Source: Nibricoccus sp. (GTDB lineage: Bacteria > Verrucomicrobiota > Verrucomicrobiia > Opitutales > Opitutaceae). From it: a DNA stretch of 64,000 nt. The stretch is from contig JASGHG010000001.1 in the NCBI GenBank assembly GCA_047602425.1, forward strand, positions 1,344,001 to 1,408,000. The letters run 5' to 3'. Made by a program: the position numbers and the translations under genes. Shown in pieces: positions 50,057 to 59,758 of this stretch (the first letter of the stretch is position 1; each line of letters begins with the position of its first letter). The notes below the pieces were generated by a model. That model was not told the origin of the DNA and searched no databases. It worked only from the letters and a program-made list of their open reading frames with translations.

Positions 50057-50425
50057 ATGCCCAAAACCATCATCACCGTCGATGACTCCATGAGCATCCG
50101 AGAAACCGTAAAAATGACTCTTCAGTCCGCGGGCTACCGGGTCGTCACCGCCGAGGATGGCGCGCGCGGACTTCAGGTTTGCCAGCAGGAAAAAGCCGAC
50201 CTCGTCATCACCGACCTCAACATGCCCAACGTCGATGGCATCACCCTCATCGCAAATCTCCGCGCACTGCCGCAATACAAGTTTACCCCGATTCTCATGC
50301 TCACCACCGAATCGAACGACGAGAAAAAGAACGCCGGCAAACGCGCTGGCGCTACCGGCTGGATCGTCAAACCTTTCGACCCCGCCCGTTTCCTCGCTGT
50401 CGTGCAAAAAGTCTGCCCGGCCTGA
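50057..50425 (+). CDS. cheY: Chemotaxis response regulator CheY
   Basis: TVDDSMSIR, ITDLNMP, YKFTPILMLTTES, GATGWIVKPF. Confidence 0.92.
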   Translation: MPKTIITVDDSMSIRETVKMTLQSAGYRVVTAEDGARGLQVCQQEKADLVITDLNMPNVDGITLIANLRALPQYKFTPILMLTTESNDEKKNAGKRAGATGWIVKPFDPARFLAVVQKVCPA

Positions 50426-50455
50426 GCCGTTTTCCATTCTTACATCAACATCTCC

Positions 50456-52558
50456 GTGAACTTCGACGAAATCCAACAACGCAGCCGTGAAATTTTCCGC
50501 ATCGAAGCGGCCGATCTCCTCGGCGAACTCGAAAGTTCTCTCCTGGAACTTGAAGCCGCGCCCGGCGAAACGGCGATTCTTCACCGCGTCTTTCGCGTGA
50601 TGCATACTTTGAAAGGTTCGGGTGCCACCAGTGGTTATCAAGATCTCTCATCCTTTCTCCATCATGTGGAAGACGTCTACAATGCCGCTCGTGAAGGCCG
50701 CGTAGCCGTTTCATCCACGCTCATCGACCTCACCCTCAAGATTGGCGACACGATTCGTCGTTATCTCGCCGCCACCGCAACGGAGGCTCAAGCCGTCCTC
50801 GCCGCGGCCCAGCCACATCTGAACGCCTTGCTCGCTTTCATGCCCACGGCCGGCACCGCCCATGAAACTATCGCTACCGCCAAACGCCTGTCCGTCCGCT
50901 TTCAGCCCCACGCTCACCTTTTTCAAACGGGCAATGACCCCGGCGTCTTTCTCGACGACCTCCGCAACCTCGCGCCGTGCGTCATCAAGATTTCCGACAC
51001 GCAAATTCCGCCGCTCCAAACCCTCGATCCTGAAGCCTGCTATCTCAGTTGGAATATCGAGTTCACGGCCCCCGTGAAAGAAGAAGCAATTCGGGAAGTG
51101 TTCCAATTTGTCGAAGGCGACTGCGACCTCGATATCCAACCCGTCGCCGATCCCGTAGACGATCCTGACGCCGACCTATTTCGCGATCCCACCACTTCAA
51201 AATCCGAAATTCAAAATCCTAAATCCGACATCGCGGACTTCAAAATCACTCTCCCGCCAGCAGCCGCTTCCTCTGAAATTTCAAATTTCAAATCGGACCC
51301 CCTCAACAACAATACCCTATCTCCAAACGCGGAAATATCGCCTCAAAATGGCAGACGTCCCACGGCTACTGTAAGCGATACGCTGCGCGTCTCCTCGGAT
51401 CGGCTCGACCGCCTCGTCAATCTCATTGGCGAACTTGTCATTCTCAAATCGGTGGTGAGCAATGCCTGCGCTCAAAACCCCGACATTCCTCCCGCCCTGC
51501 ACGCCGCCTCGGAGACGCTACAAAGCCTCACGACTCAACTTCGCGACGAGGTGCTCAACATCCGGATGATGCAGATTGGGCAGACCTTCTCCAAATTCCG
51601 GCGTCTCGCCCGCGATCTCTCCCGCGAACTCGGCAAACAAGTCGAGCTTGTCGTCGAGGGTTCAGAAACCGAGATGGACAAAACCATTCTTGAGCGCCTC
51701 AACGATCCACTCGTCCATCTGGTCCGCAATTCGCTCGACCACGGGCTCGAAACGCCTGACGAACGCATCGCCACCGGCAAGCCCGTCGTTGGAAAACTGC
51801 GACTTTCCGCCGCGCAAAAAGGCGACCGCGTCGTCATCTCCGTCGGCGACGACGGCCGCGGCCTCGACCCTGCCGCCATCCGCGCCAAGGCCATTGAACG
51901 CGGCCTCCTGCAGCCAGATGCCACGCTCACAGACAATGAACTTTTCCAGATGGTCTTCCTGCCGGGATTTTCCACCGCAAAAGCCGTGTCGTCCCTTTCG
52001 GGACGCGGCGTCGGCCTCGATGTGGTCAAACGCACCATCGATCAGCTACGGGGCCGGATCGAACTTCGCAGCACGCACGGGAAAGGTGCCGAATTCCGCC
52101 TCTCGCTTCCTCTCACCCTCGCCATTATCGATGGGCTGATGGTTTCGGTTGGCAAAGATCACTACATTCTCCCGCTCAGCGCCGCCCGTGAAACGATCGA
52201 TCTGCCGCCCAGCCATCGAGCCGATGCCGGCCGTCGTAACCTCGTCGATCTTCGCGGCGAATTCATTCCCTATCTCCGTCTCCGCGATCTCTTTGACTAC
52301 GGGACTCCGCCTCCCGCATTGCGCGAACGCGTGGTCATCGTCGAGCTGGAACAATCCCGCCTTGGGCTCGTTGTCGACGAAGTTTTAGGAAACCACCAGA
52401 CAGTGATAAAATCGCTCGGCTGGATCGCGCCCGAAGCGCCTGTCTATTCCGGTGCCACCGTCCTCGGCGACGGCCGCGTCGCCCTCATCATCGACATTCC
52501 CGCCCTCGCCGCCTACGCCGCGCAACAAACCGGCATCTCGTCCCTCGCCAAAACCTGA
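50456..52558 (+). CDS. cheA: Chemotaxis histidine kinase CheA
   Basis: P1 HTLKGSG, LDRLVNLIGELVI, HLVRNSLDHG, SGRGVGLDVV, LPLTLAII, C-terminal CheW domain; GTG start. Confidence 0.96.
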   Translation: MNFDEIQQRSREIFRIEAADLLGELESSLLELEAAPGETAILHRVFRVMHTLKGSGATSGYQDLSSFLHHVEDVYNAAREGRVAVSSTLIDLTLKIGDTIRRYLAATATEAQAVLAAAQPHLNALLAFMPTAGTAHETIATAKRLSVRFQPHAHLFQTGNDPGVFLDDLRNLAPCVIKISDTQIPPLQTLDPEACYLSWNIEFTAPVKEEAIREVFQFVEGDCDLDIQPVADPVDDPDADLFRDPTTSKSEIQNPKSDIADFKITLPPAAASSEISNFKSDPLNNNTLSPNAEISPQNGRRPTATVSDTLRVSSDRLDRLVNLIGELVILKSVVSNACAQNPDIPPALHAASETLQSLTTQLRDEVLNIRMMQIGQTFSKFRRLARDLSRELGKQVELVVEGSETEMDKTILERLNDPLVHLVRNSLDHGLETPDERIATGKPVVGKLRLSAAQKGDRVVISVGDDGRGLDPAAIRAKAIERGLLQPDATLTDNELFQMVFLPGFSTAKAVSSLSGRGVGLDVVKRTIDQLRGRIELRSTHGKGAEFRLSLPLTLAIIDGLMVSVGKDHYILPLSAARETIDLPPSHRADAGRRNLVDLRGEFIPYLRLRDLFDYGTPPPALRERVVIVELEQSRLGLVVDEVLGNHQTVIKSLGWIAPEAPVYSGATVLGDGRVALIIDIPALAAYAAQQTGISSLAKT
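51193..51297 (+). repeat. Heptamer tandem repeats inside the CheA P2-P3 linker
   Basis: AAATCCG AAATTCA AAATCCT AAATCCG ... ATTTCAA ATTTCAA; encodes KSEIQNPKS and SEISNFKS. Confidence 0.65.
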
Positions 52559-52646
52559 CAGGCTCACGACCGCCCGCCTCCGCTTAAATACCACTTCCGC
52601 TCCCCTCGGTATTCAAGCCGTGCTTCTAAATATTTGTCCCTACCCG

Positions 52647-52677
52647 ATAGTTTGTAATCTAATAGACTACAAACTAT
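52647..52677. repeat. Intergenic palindrome, copy 3 (ATAGTTTGTAATCTA-A-TAGACTACAAACTAT)
   Basis: 15-bp arms with one mismatch, between convergent cheA and GDSL genes. Confidence 0.85.
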
Positions 52678-52727
52678 TCCGGTCACCCCAGATTAAATCT
52701 GACACCCAGACTTGTCCACCGAACCAA

Positions 52728-53672
52728 TCAATTGCAGCCGGCGTGCTGTTTGCGATGACGTAGCTGCGGATAAAGCTGCTGGAGGCGTGCGTAGGCAAAA
52801 TCGGCCAGTTCGCCATGCCCCATTGTGGTCGGGTGAACTCCGTCCCAGAACAGAAATACGTCAGGGTTGCCAGCCAGCACCGTCAGGTATGGATAAGTAA
52901 CATTGGAAAAACCGAACAAGTCCGCATCGTCAACGATCGCATGCATTGCGTCGAAAAGGCTGAACAGGCCAACAGCCGGCCCTGGACAGTGTTTGTTCGT
53001 TTTGAATTTCGCCGCTACAGCCGTATTCACCGTCTGGGTCACGACTGAAAGCAGTTCGTCATAACCGCTCGCCTGGGCATCGGGAGTCAGACCCAGATCT
53101 GCGACATCCACCACGAGAATGTGGCGCGCGCCCATCTTTTTGAGGCGTGAAACAGCTTCAAATAGGTTGCTGGCGACTTGATCGGCAAAAGCGGCGAGGG
53201 ACGATGGCATGCCCGATTCGGTCCAGAGAAAAATATCGTTGGCACCTGCTTGCACAATATAGAGCGCATGCGGGTCGGCGCGTCCGCCTGATGCTTTGGC
53301 AAACAGGTCGATTTCATCCTGCAAGCCCGGCAAACCGGGAATGCCGTAGGCAAAACTCACGTAGCTTTCGCGGCCCGAACATGCCCCGCCAAACGCGTAG
53401 TTCTCCAAGTCATCCGCGAGTCCGAGCTGCTCCGCAAGATACTCCACCCAAACCGGTCCATTGGAGAAATGGCCGTTTACATAATAAGGGGCCGGGGGAA
53501 TGGCGCCGCCTGTCGCGGTGAAAAGATTGCCGTCGTCGCTGATACTGTCTCCAAAGACCACGAGTTTTGAAAAGGGCGAATGGTCACGGGTCGAACCCGC
53601 TTGAACCACCACCGCCAAAAACATCGCCGCCACCAAAAAGCAACGACGAGCCAGAGCATGGGTCGTATTCAT
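52728..53672 (-). CDS. SGNH/GDSL hydrolase, secreted
   Basis: VFGDSISD, FSNGPVW.EYLA, AGAND, FWDGVHPT; signal peptide. Confidence 0.92.
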   Translation of the reverse strand: MNTTHALARRCFLVAAMFLAVVVQAGSTRDHSPFSKLVVFGDSISDDGNLFTATGGAIPPAPYYVNGHFSNGPVWVEYLAEQLGLADDLENYAFGGACSGRESYVSFAYGIPGLPGLQDEIDLFAKASGGRADPHALYIVQAGANDIFLWTESGMPSSLAAFADQVASNLFEAVSRLKKMGARHILVVDVADLGLTPDAQASGYDELLSVVTQTVNTAVAAKFKTNKHCPGPAVGLFSLFDAMHAIVDDADLFGFSNVTYPYLTVLAGNPDVFLFWDGVHPTTMGHGELADFAYARLQQLYPQLRHRKQHAGCN

Positions 53673-53804
53673 GCGGCGAAAGATTGCGCCGTATTAACGA
53701 CTTGGCAAGGTTTCAGGCTCCGGGGGGAGTGACAAATCCGTGAATTCAGTCCCGCGTGCGCCAAAAATTTGCAGTTCGCCGCCGGTTTTGTATCTTTTCC
53801 GCAG

Positions 53805-54410
53805 ATGGCTTTTGGTCTCACAGGCATTTCCAGCACTGCTTACGATCCCTATCGGAACTTTCAATTCACACCGAAAGACCGTAGTGACGCGGGCATCTCG
53901 GAAGCCGACGCCGTCACGGACGAAAACTTCCCCGGCCAGTACGAGGCAACGGATGACACCGCGCAAACAGCCGCCGCAAAAGAAGCCGCGGCCTCGGAAC
54001 TTCAGTCGACTGACCGAGAAGTTCGTTCCCACGAAGCGGCCCACATCGCTGCCGGCGGCAGTCACATCACCAGCGGCGCAACCTACTCTTACCGAACCGG
54101 ACCCGATGGGAAACAATACGCGGTCGGAGGCGAAGTGGGCATCGACATTTCGCCCGTGCCGGGCAATCCACAGGCAACCATTACCAAAATGATGATGGTG
54201 CGCGCAGCCGCACTGGCTCCCGCCAACCCCTCGCCGCAGGATCTCGCCGTCGCCGCGGCTGCGGCACAAATGGAAGCCAATGCCCGCGCCGAACTTACGG
54301 CACAGAACCAAGCCCGAATTTCTGAAACACAGCCTATCGGTAAAAGTGCCGCCAGCGTCTACCGCGCCCGCGTGGGGCGGGTCGGCCGGCACGTCAATAC
54401 CGCCGCCTGA
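53805..54410 (+). CDS. SprA-related family protein (HExxH putative metalloprotease)
   Basis: DREVRSHEAAH, GPDGKQYAVGGEV.ID, AALAPANPSPQDLAVA. Confidence 0.85.
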   Translation: MAFGLTGISSTAYDPYRNFQFTPKDRSDAGISEADAVTDENFPGQYEATDDTAQTAAAKEAAASELQSTDREVRSHEAAHIAAGGSHITSGATYSYRTGPDGKQYAVGGEVGIDISPVPGNPQATITKMMMVRAAALAPANPSPQDLAVAAAAAQMEANARAELTAQNQARISETQPIGKSAASVYRARVGRVGRHVNTAA

Positions 54411-54506
54411 ACCGCAATTGGCGGTATGCAGGCGTAAAGTAAAGCTTCCGGATTTCCCTCCGATCGCGGTGTAAATATGTCCGTTTGGTTGATTTCGTCC
54501 CCTTTC

Positions 54507-54523
54507 TTGGCATAGTCAGTGCT
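54507..54523 (+). promoter_or_regulatory. Putative sigma54 promoter for the TonB-dependent receptor
   Basis: TTGGCATAGTCAGTGCT: GG-N10-GC, about 80 bp upstream of the ATG. Confidence 0.55.
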
Positions 54524-54603
54524 CAAACGAGGGACAAACACAACTCAATGGCGGCCGTTCTCTGTGCGGGAACCAACCGTCAGAACCTAAACACAAGCAT
54601 CAT

Positions 54604-57261
54604 ATGTCTACTATTATGACGCCAGGTACGACGTTATCCAAACCGGTACTGGCACTCTGGGGCATTTTGGCTATAACGACAAGTTCGTTTGCGCAAACTG
54701 CCGTCACCACCCCCACCTCTGAAAAGGAGGACGAAAAACCAATCACGCTGGATACGATGACCACCGTCGGGTCCCGCGTTAAAAACATCGAGGCCGCGGG
54801 CCCCAACCCCGTGACCTCTTTCGACCAGTCCACGTTGCAGGCCGCCGGTTTCGCCAATGTCGGCGAGGCCTTGCGATCTCTCCCGATGATCTCGGGAACA
54901 TCGCTGAATCCCGCGGCGTCAAACAACAGCTTCACGCCCGGAGCCTCGACGGTGAATATGCGCGGCCTCGGCAATAACAACGTTCTGGTTTTGCTGAATG
55001 GCCGCCGCGCCGCCCCGCTTTCCACGCCGGGCTTTGACGGATTGCAGACGATGTTCGATTTTAACAGCATCCCGTCGGCGGCAATCGAATCGATCGAAAT
55101 CCTGAAGGACGGTGGTTCGGCAATCTACGGTTCCGATGCCGTTTCCGGTGTCATCGATATTAAACTGAGAAAACGCTACAGCGGCCTTTCGGTATCGGCC
55201 CAAGTTGGCAATACGACACACACCGATTCATTGGAAAAAACATTCTCACTCGTCGCTGGCACGACGAAGGGAGCGTTTTCCATCATCACCACCGTCGACT
55301 ACACCGATCGCCACCCGATCAAGGACCACGATTATGCGTTCTCTTCGGACGCGAATACAAAAAGCCGGGGCGGTGTGGACCGGCGAAGCTACGCAGGTTA
55401 TCCAGGCTTGGTTTACGTGCTCAGCCTCGACGATTACTATACACTGCTTGCACCTAAATCGAATCCCACGCTTTCCGATTTTGTTGTGGCCGACGTCAGC
55501 CATGGCTCGTACAACTTTCAATCGGTCACCGATCAGACGCCTGAAATACGAAACTATGGTTTCTATTCGAGAGCAAACTATGACTTCACTCCGTACTTCT
55601 ACGGTTTCATCGAACTTTCGTTCCGCCGCTCGCAGGCAAAAATCGGCGCCGCCCCTTCCCCGGTTTTCAACTACAATGAAAATGGCGACGGTGCCACCAC
55701 TGGTTATTTGACCATACCGGCCTCAAATCCGAACAATCCGTTTGGCGAGGATCTTGAAGACGAATGGTATGCTCGGCTCGTCCACGGTGGGAATCGTGTC
55801 AACGATGTCACCTCGGACACACCGAGAGGACTGATTGGCGTCGGCGGAAAAATACCGGAGACCTCTTGGACCTGGGAAACGGGTGTGGTTCAAACTCGCA
55901 ATGCCCAGAAAAACCTCAACCACGGCATGGCTTTTGACGACCTCTATCAGAATGCCCTCAACGGCGTATCCATTGGCGGGACCGTCCTCTACGCAAATCC
56001 GTTCGGTCCGGAAGACCCGCGTGTAACGAACTATTATGTACACGATAATCCGGAGTCTTCCCGATTCACGCTCAGCACCTACGATTTTTCCGCGACCGGC
56101 AACCTGGTGGAATTGCCCGGCGGACACCTCGCGCTCGCTTTTGGCGGCGAAGGCCGTTCCGAGAAGTTCGAGAATATCCGCAGCCTCGATAGCACGATGG
56201 GCAATGTCATAGGTGGATCTGAAGGTTCGTCAATTCATGGCAGCCGCACCGTGCGCGCCGCCTATGCCGAGCTGCGTATTCCGCTTTTCTTCAAAAGCCT
56301 CCAGGCGCAGATCGCCGGACGCTTCGAACATTATAGCGATTTCGGATCGACCACGAAACCCAAGTACGCCCTCTCCTATCGGCCTTTCGATTGGCTTCTA
56401 TTGAGAGCTTCCTACGGCCAGTCGTTTCTCGCGCCCAATCTTTCCTATCTCTACACCGCCCAGGTCACCCAGTTTTCCGACAATTCCCTGGAAGACCCGA
56501 AACGCCCGACTGACGCTCCTCGACAGATCATGACGCGCTCCGGTGGAAATCGGGATTTGAAACCGGAACAGACCACCGCCTACTACGCCGGGTTTAAGGT
56601 GGAGCCGTCGTCGGGCCCGTTGAAGGGCTGGGCTGCCGGTTTGGATTGGTTTGAATTCAAACAGAAGGACCTCATCGCCCAGCTCGGAGAAGACTTCATT
56701 CTTACAAATGAGGATACGCTACCCGGCCGAGTCGTCCGCAATCCTCCGGCCGCGGGCGAAACCGTGGGCGTCATCAACTATATCATCGATACCTACGCGA
56801 ATATCGACAAACAGACCTATCGCGGCTTCGACGCCGAAATCAGCTATCGTTTCAAGTCGGCATACTTGGGCAAATTCAAGATCTCAGCCAGCACGACCTA
56901 TCTGACAGCGCTAAAATACAATGACGACGATTTTGCGAGTTCCTATAACTTTCCCCGCGTCCGGGCGATTTCTTCGCTCGAATGGGAAAAGGGAAACTGG
57001 GGCTCGGCAATTTTCGTTAGTTATATTGGAACGTTCGACAAATACGACGAAAGTGGAGCAGTGGGAAAAATCGGATCGCAGACCCTCGTCAATCCCCAGA
57101 TCAGCTATTCGGGCCTCTTCGACGTAAAAATCACCCTGGGCGCGCGTAATATCTTTGATCGGGATCCGCCGTTCGACCGTCATACATCGACCGGTTGGAA
57201 TTCCGACATTCACAGCCCGGAGAAACGTTTCGTTTATCTCCGCTTGGAAAGAGAATTCTAA
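54604..57261 (+). CDS. TonB-dependent receptor
   Basis: NMRGLG..NVLVLLNGRR, IEILKDGGSAIYGSDAVSGVI, NIFDRDPP, C-terminal Phe. Confidence 0.94.
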   Translation: MSTIMTPGTTLSKPVLALWGILAITTSSFAQTAVTTPTSEKEDEKPITLDTMTTVGSRVKNIEAAGPNPVTSFDQSTLQAAGFANVGEALRSLPMISGTSLNPAASNNSFTPGASTVNMRGLGNNNVLVLLNGRRAAPLSTPGFDGLQTMFDFNSIPSAAIESIEILKDGGSAIYGSDAVSGVIDIKLRKRYSGLSVSAQVGNTTHTDSLEKTFSLVAGTTKGAFSIITTVDYTDRHPIKDHDYAFSSDANTKSRGGVDRRSYAGYPGLVYVLSLDDYYTLLAPKSNPTLSDFVVADVSHGSYNFQSVTDQTPEIRNYGFYSRANYDFTPYFYGFIELSFRRSQAKIGAAPSPVFNYNENGDGATTGYLTIPASNPNNPFGEDLEDEWYARLVHGGNRVNDVTSDTPRGLIGVGGKIPETSWTWETGVVQTRNAQKNLNHGMAFDDLYQNALNGVSIGGTVLYANPFGPEDPRVTNYYVHDNPESSRFTLSTYDFSATGNLVELPGGHLALAFGGEGRSEKFENIRSLDSTMGNVIGGSEGSSIHGSRTVRAAYAELRIPLFFKSLQAQIAGRFEHYSDFGSTTKPKYALSYRPFDWLLLRASYGQSFLAPNLSYLYTAQVTQFSDNSLEDPKRPTDAPRQIMTRSGGNRDLKPEQTTAYYAGFKVEPSSGPLKGWAAGLDWFEFKQKDLIAQLGEDFILTNEDTLPGRVVRNPPAAGETVGVINYIIDTYANIDKQTYRGFDAEISYRFKSAYLGKFKISASTTYLTALKYNDDDFASSYNFPRVRAISSLEWEKGNWGSAIFVSYIGTFDKYDESGAVGKIGSQTLVNPQISYSGLFDVKITLGARNIFDRDPPFDRHTSTGWNSDIHSPEKRFVYLRLEREF

Positions 57262-57283
57262 CCACGCATCATCGGCAGGTGAT

Positions 57284-57315
57284 AAAAAAGGGCGACCCGT
57301 GTCGGTCGCCCTTTT
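57284..57315. terminator. Bidirectional intrinsic terminator
   Basis: AAAAAAGGGCGACC-CGTGTC-GGTCGCCCTTTT between convergent genes. Confidence 0.85.
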
Positions 57316-57335
57316 GCCTTTTAAACGCGTGCGGC

Positions 57336-58733
57336 TCAGATGTGGATCGCTTCGCCCATGGTGGCGGCAGCAGCTTCCATCAGGGCTTCACCGAGCGTCG
57401 GGTGCGCGTGGATTGTCTGGTGGATTTCCTCGACGGTCGCTTCGAGATGAATCGCAAGACCGTACTCGGCGATGAGTTCGGTGGCTTCGGCGCCGATGAT
57501 GTGCGCGCCGTAGATTTCACCCGTTTTGGCATCGCTGATGACTTTAACGAACCCGTCACTATCGGCCGAAGCTACGGCCTTGCCGGAAGCGGTGAAGGGG
57601 AACTTGCCAATCTTGAAGTCGAGTTTCTTCTCCTTCGCGGCTTTTTCGGTCAAACCCGTGCTGGCCACCTGCGGCTGGCTGTACGTGCAGCCCGGGAAGT
57701 TTTTCACGCGTTTCGGCTTACCGTGGCCGAACATGCCGTTGACGGCGTTGATCGCCTCGTAGTTGGCCACATGCGCGAGCCAGGGTGGACCAATGATGTC
57801 GCCGGCGCCATAGATGCCTTTGACACTCGATTGGTAATCGTCGCCGACTTTCAGGTAATTGCGGTCGAGTTCGGGTTTCACGGCGGCCGCGAGCAAACCA
57901 TCGAGATTGGCTTCGACACCGATTGCAGAGAGCAAAACCTCGGCTTCGACTTCGGTTTTCTGGTCACCTTTGACCAGGTCGACTTTGACGCTGTCTTTGC
58001 CGACGCGGAAATTTTCGCACTTTGTGCCGGTGTGAGAAACGATGCCCTGCTTGTCGAAAGCGCGGTTGAGCGTCTTGGCCACTTCCTCGTCCTCGATGGG
58101 AAGAAGTTGCGGCAGCATTTCGACCAACGTCACTTTTGTTCCGAGCGCGTTGAAAAAGTAGGCAAATTCCACGCCGATCGCACCAGCTCCAACGATGATG
58201 ATGGATTTTGGCTGCTTGGTGTTGGCAAGGGCCTCGCGGGACGTCATCACGCGCACGCCGTCGTAGGTCAGGCCGGGGATTTTGCGCATCTTGCAACCGG
58301 TCGCGACGAGGATGTTCCTGGCTTTGAAGAACTGGCCTTTGCGGTCGCCTTCCGTGAGTGAAACCATGCCGGGCGCATCGATGCGGGCTTTGCCGACGAT
58401 GTAGTCGACCTTGTATTTTTTGAAAAGGAACTCGACGCCCTTGGCCATTTGGTTGGAGACGCCGCGGGAGCGCTCCATGATTTTCGCGAAGTCAAAGGTT
58501 ACGTCCTTTGCGCTGACGCCGAAGGTTTCCGCCTTCTTGATCTTTTGGTAGAGCTCGGCGCTCTTGAGCAACGCCTTGGTCGGAATGCAGCCCCAATTGA
58601 GGCAGGTGCCGCCGGCACGCTCCATTTCGATGCACGCGACTTTCTTGCCGAGTTGGCCGGCACGAATGGCGCCCGCGTAACCCGCAGGTCCGCCGCCGAT
58701 GACGATGAGATCGTATTCAGTATTTTCAGCCAT
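57336..58733 (-). CDS. lpdA: Dihydrolipoyl dehydrogenase
   Basis: IGGGPAGY, GGTCLNWGCIPTKALL, GAGAIGVE, IHAHPTLGEA. Confidence 0.96.
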   Translation of the reverse strand: MAENTEYDLIVIGGGPAGYAGAIRAGQLGKKVACIEMERAGGTCLNWGCIPTKALLKSAELYQKIKKAETFGVSAKDVTFDFAKIMERSRGVSNQMAKGVEFLFKKYKVDYIVGKARIDAPGMVSLTEGDRKGQFFKARNILVATGCKMRKIPGLTYDGVRVMTSREALANTKQPKSIIIVGAGAIGVEFAYFFNALGTKVTLVEMLPQLLPIEDEEVAKTLNRAFDKQGIVSHTGTKCENFRVGKDSVKVDLVKGDQKTEVEAEVLLSAIGVEANLDGLLAAAVKPELDRNYLKVGDDYQSSVKGIYGAGDIIGPPWLAHVANYEAINAVNGMFGHGKPKRVKNFPGCTYSQPQVASTGLTEKAAKEKKLDFKIGKFPFTASGKAVASADSDGFVKVISDAKTGEIYGAHIIGAEATELIAEYGLAIHLEATVEEIHQTIHAHPTLGEALMEAAAATMGEAIHI

Positions 58734-59021
58734 GGTGGGAAAAGTGACGTTGGTTGAACAAAGTGCAAACGTCTCCTCCGGCTGAGGGCCGGTCAACGGG
58801 GAAATCCGACCCGCCGACGGACATTAGTTGGCGGCGTGGCGGTTCGCACCTTCAACGAAGCTATCTCATGTTGGGGCTATCTCGCATTTAGCTGTTAGAC
58901 ATTGAACCGGAAAACAATGCAGGCCGCTAGAGACAGAAAATAATCACAAGAATGTCCCAGCAATCGCATCCAGTTTTGAGCTGACGGATGCGCGACGACT
59001 CCCCACGCTCCGAATTTAGGA

Positions 59022-59564
59022 ATGAGTACCCTGCCCTCTGATTACGGTTCCCGCATCGATGAGTTGCTACGCGAACTCGGCATTCCCGCCAACTATGCCC
59101 AAATTCGCCAGCTGACGCTTCAGATCGAGGCCGCCTCAACCGATCTCGTGTCCGTAGGCAACAGCCCCGAGGGTAAGCCCTGCCGGTTGATCCGTCCCGC
59201 CGCCCGCGCCTGGCACAGCATGTACGCTGCCGCCCGCAAACTCGAAATTGAGCTCCAACCGCTTTCCGGGTTCCGCAGCGTCGAACGCCAAGTGGAAATC
59301 ATCCGCGGCAAACTCGCCGTCGGCGAAAATATTTCCGAAATCCTCCACTCGATCGCCGCTCCCGGTTTCAGTGAACATCACACCGGGCGCGCGATCGACG
59401 TCGGTTCCGACGAAGCCCCTCCGCTGGAGGAAGTCTTCGCCGACACCCGTGCCTTCGCCTGGCTGCGCCTGCATGGAGAAGAGTATGGTTACAGAATGAC
59501 CTATCCCCGCCACAACCCCCACGGTTTCGTTTACGAACCCTGGCACTGGTGCTGGCAGGGCTAG
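59022..59564 (+). CDS. M15B (VanY-like) D-Ala-D-Ala / LD-carboxypeptidase
   Basis: SGFRS..RQ, APGFSEHHTGRAID, YEPWHW. Confidence 0.9.
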   Translation: MSTLPSDYGSRIDELLRELGIPANYAQIRQLTLQIEAASTDLVSVGNSPEGKPCRLIRPAARAWHSMYAAARKLEIELQPLSGFRSVERQVEIIRGKLAVGENISEILHSIAAPGFSEHHTGRAIDVGSDEAPPLEEVFADTRAFAWLRLHGEEYGYRMTYPRHNPHGFVYEPWHWCWQG

Positions 59565-59569
59565 GCGAA

Positions 59570-59758
59570 CTATTCGCCAGCGGGAATTTCCGGGTTGTCC
59601 GTCGCGCTCTTGCCCTTTCGCCGCTTCACCGCGTCGCGCAGCAAAAACTCGATCTGGCCATTCACACTGCGAAGTTCGTCGGCCGCCCACGCTTCCAGTT
59701 CGGTCCACAACTTGGGATCGATCCGCAACAAAAACGTTTTTCTATCTTCTGCGGCCAT
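59570..59758 (-). CDS. Arc-family ribbon-helix-helix DNA-binding protein
   Basis: [31 protein letters not shown]; typical partner of SPFH genes. Confidence 0.85.
   Translation of the reverse strand: MAAEDRKTFLLRIDPKLWTELEAWAADELRSVNGQIEFLLRDAVKRRKGKSATDNPEIPAGE

Noticed and set aside
58859..58883. GCTATCTC direct repeat in the lpdA/peptidase divergent region
   Set aside because: Only two 8-bp copies with no supporting context.
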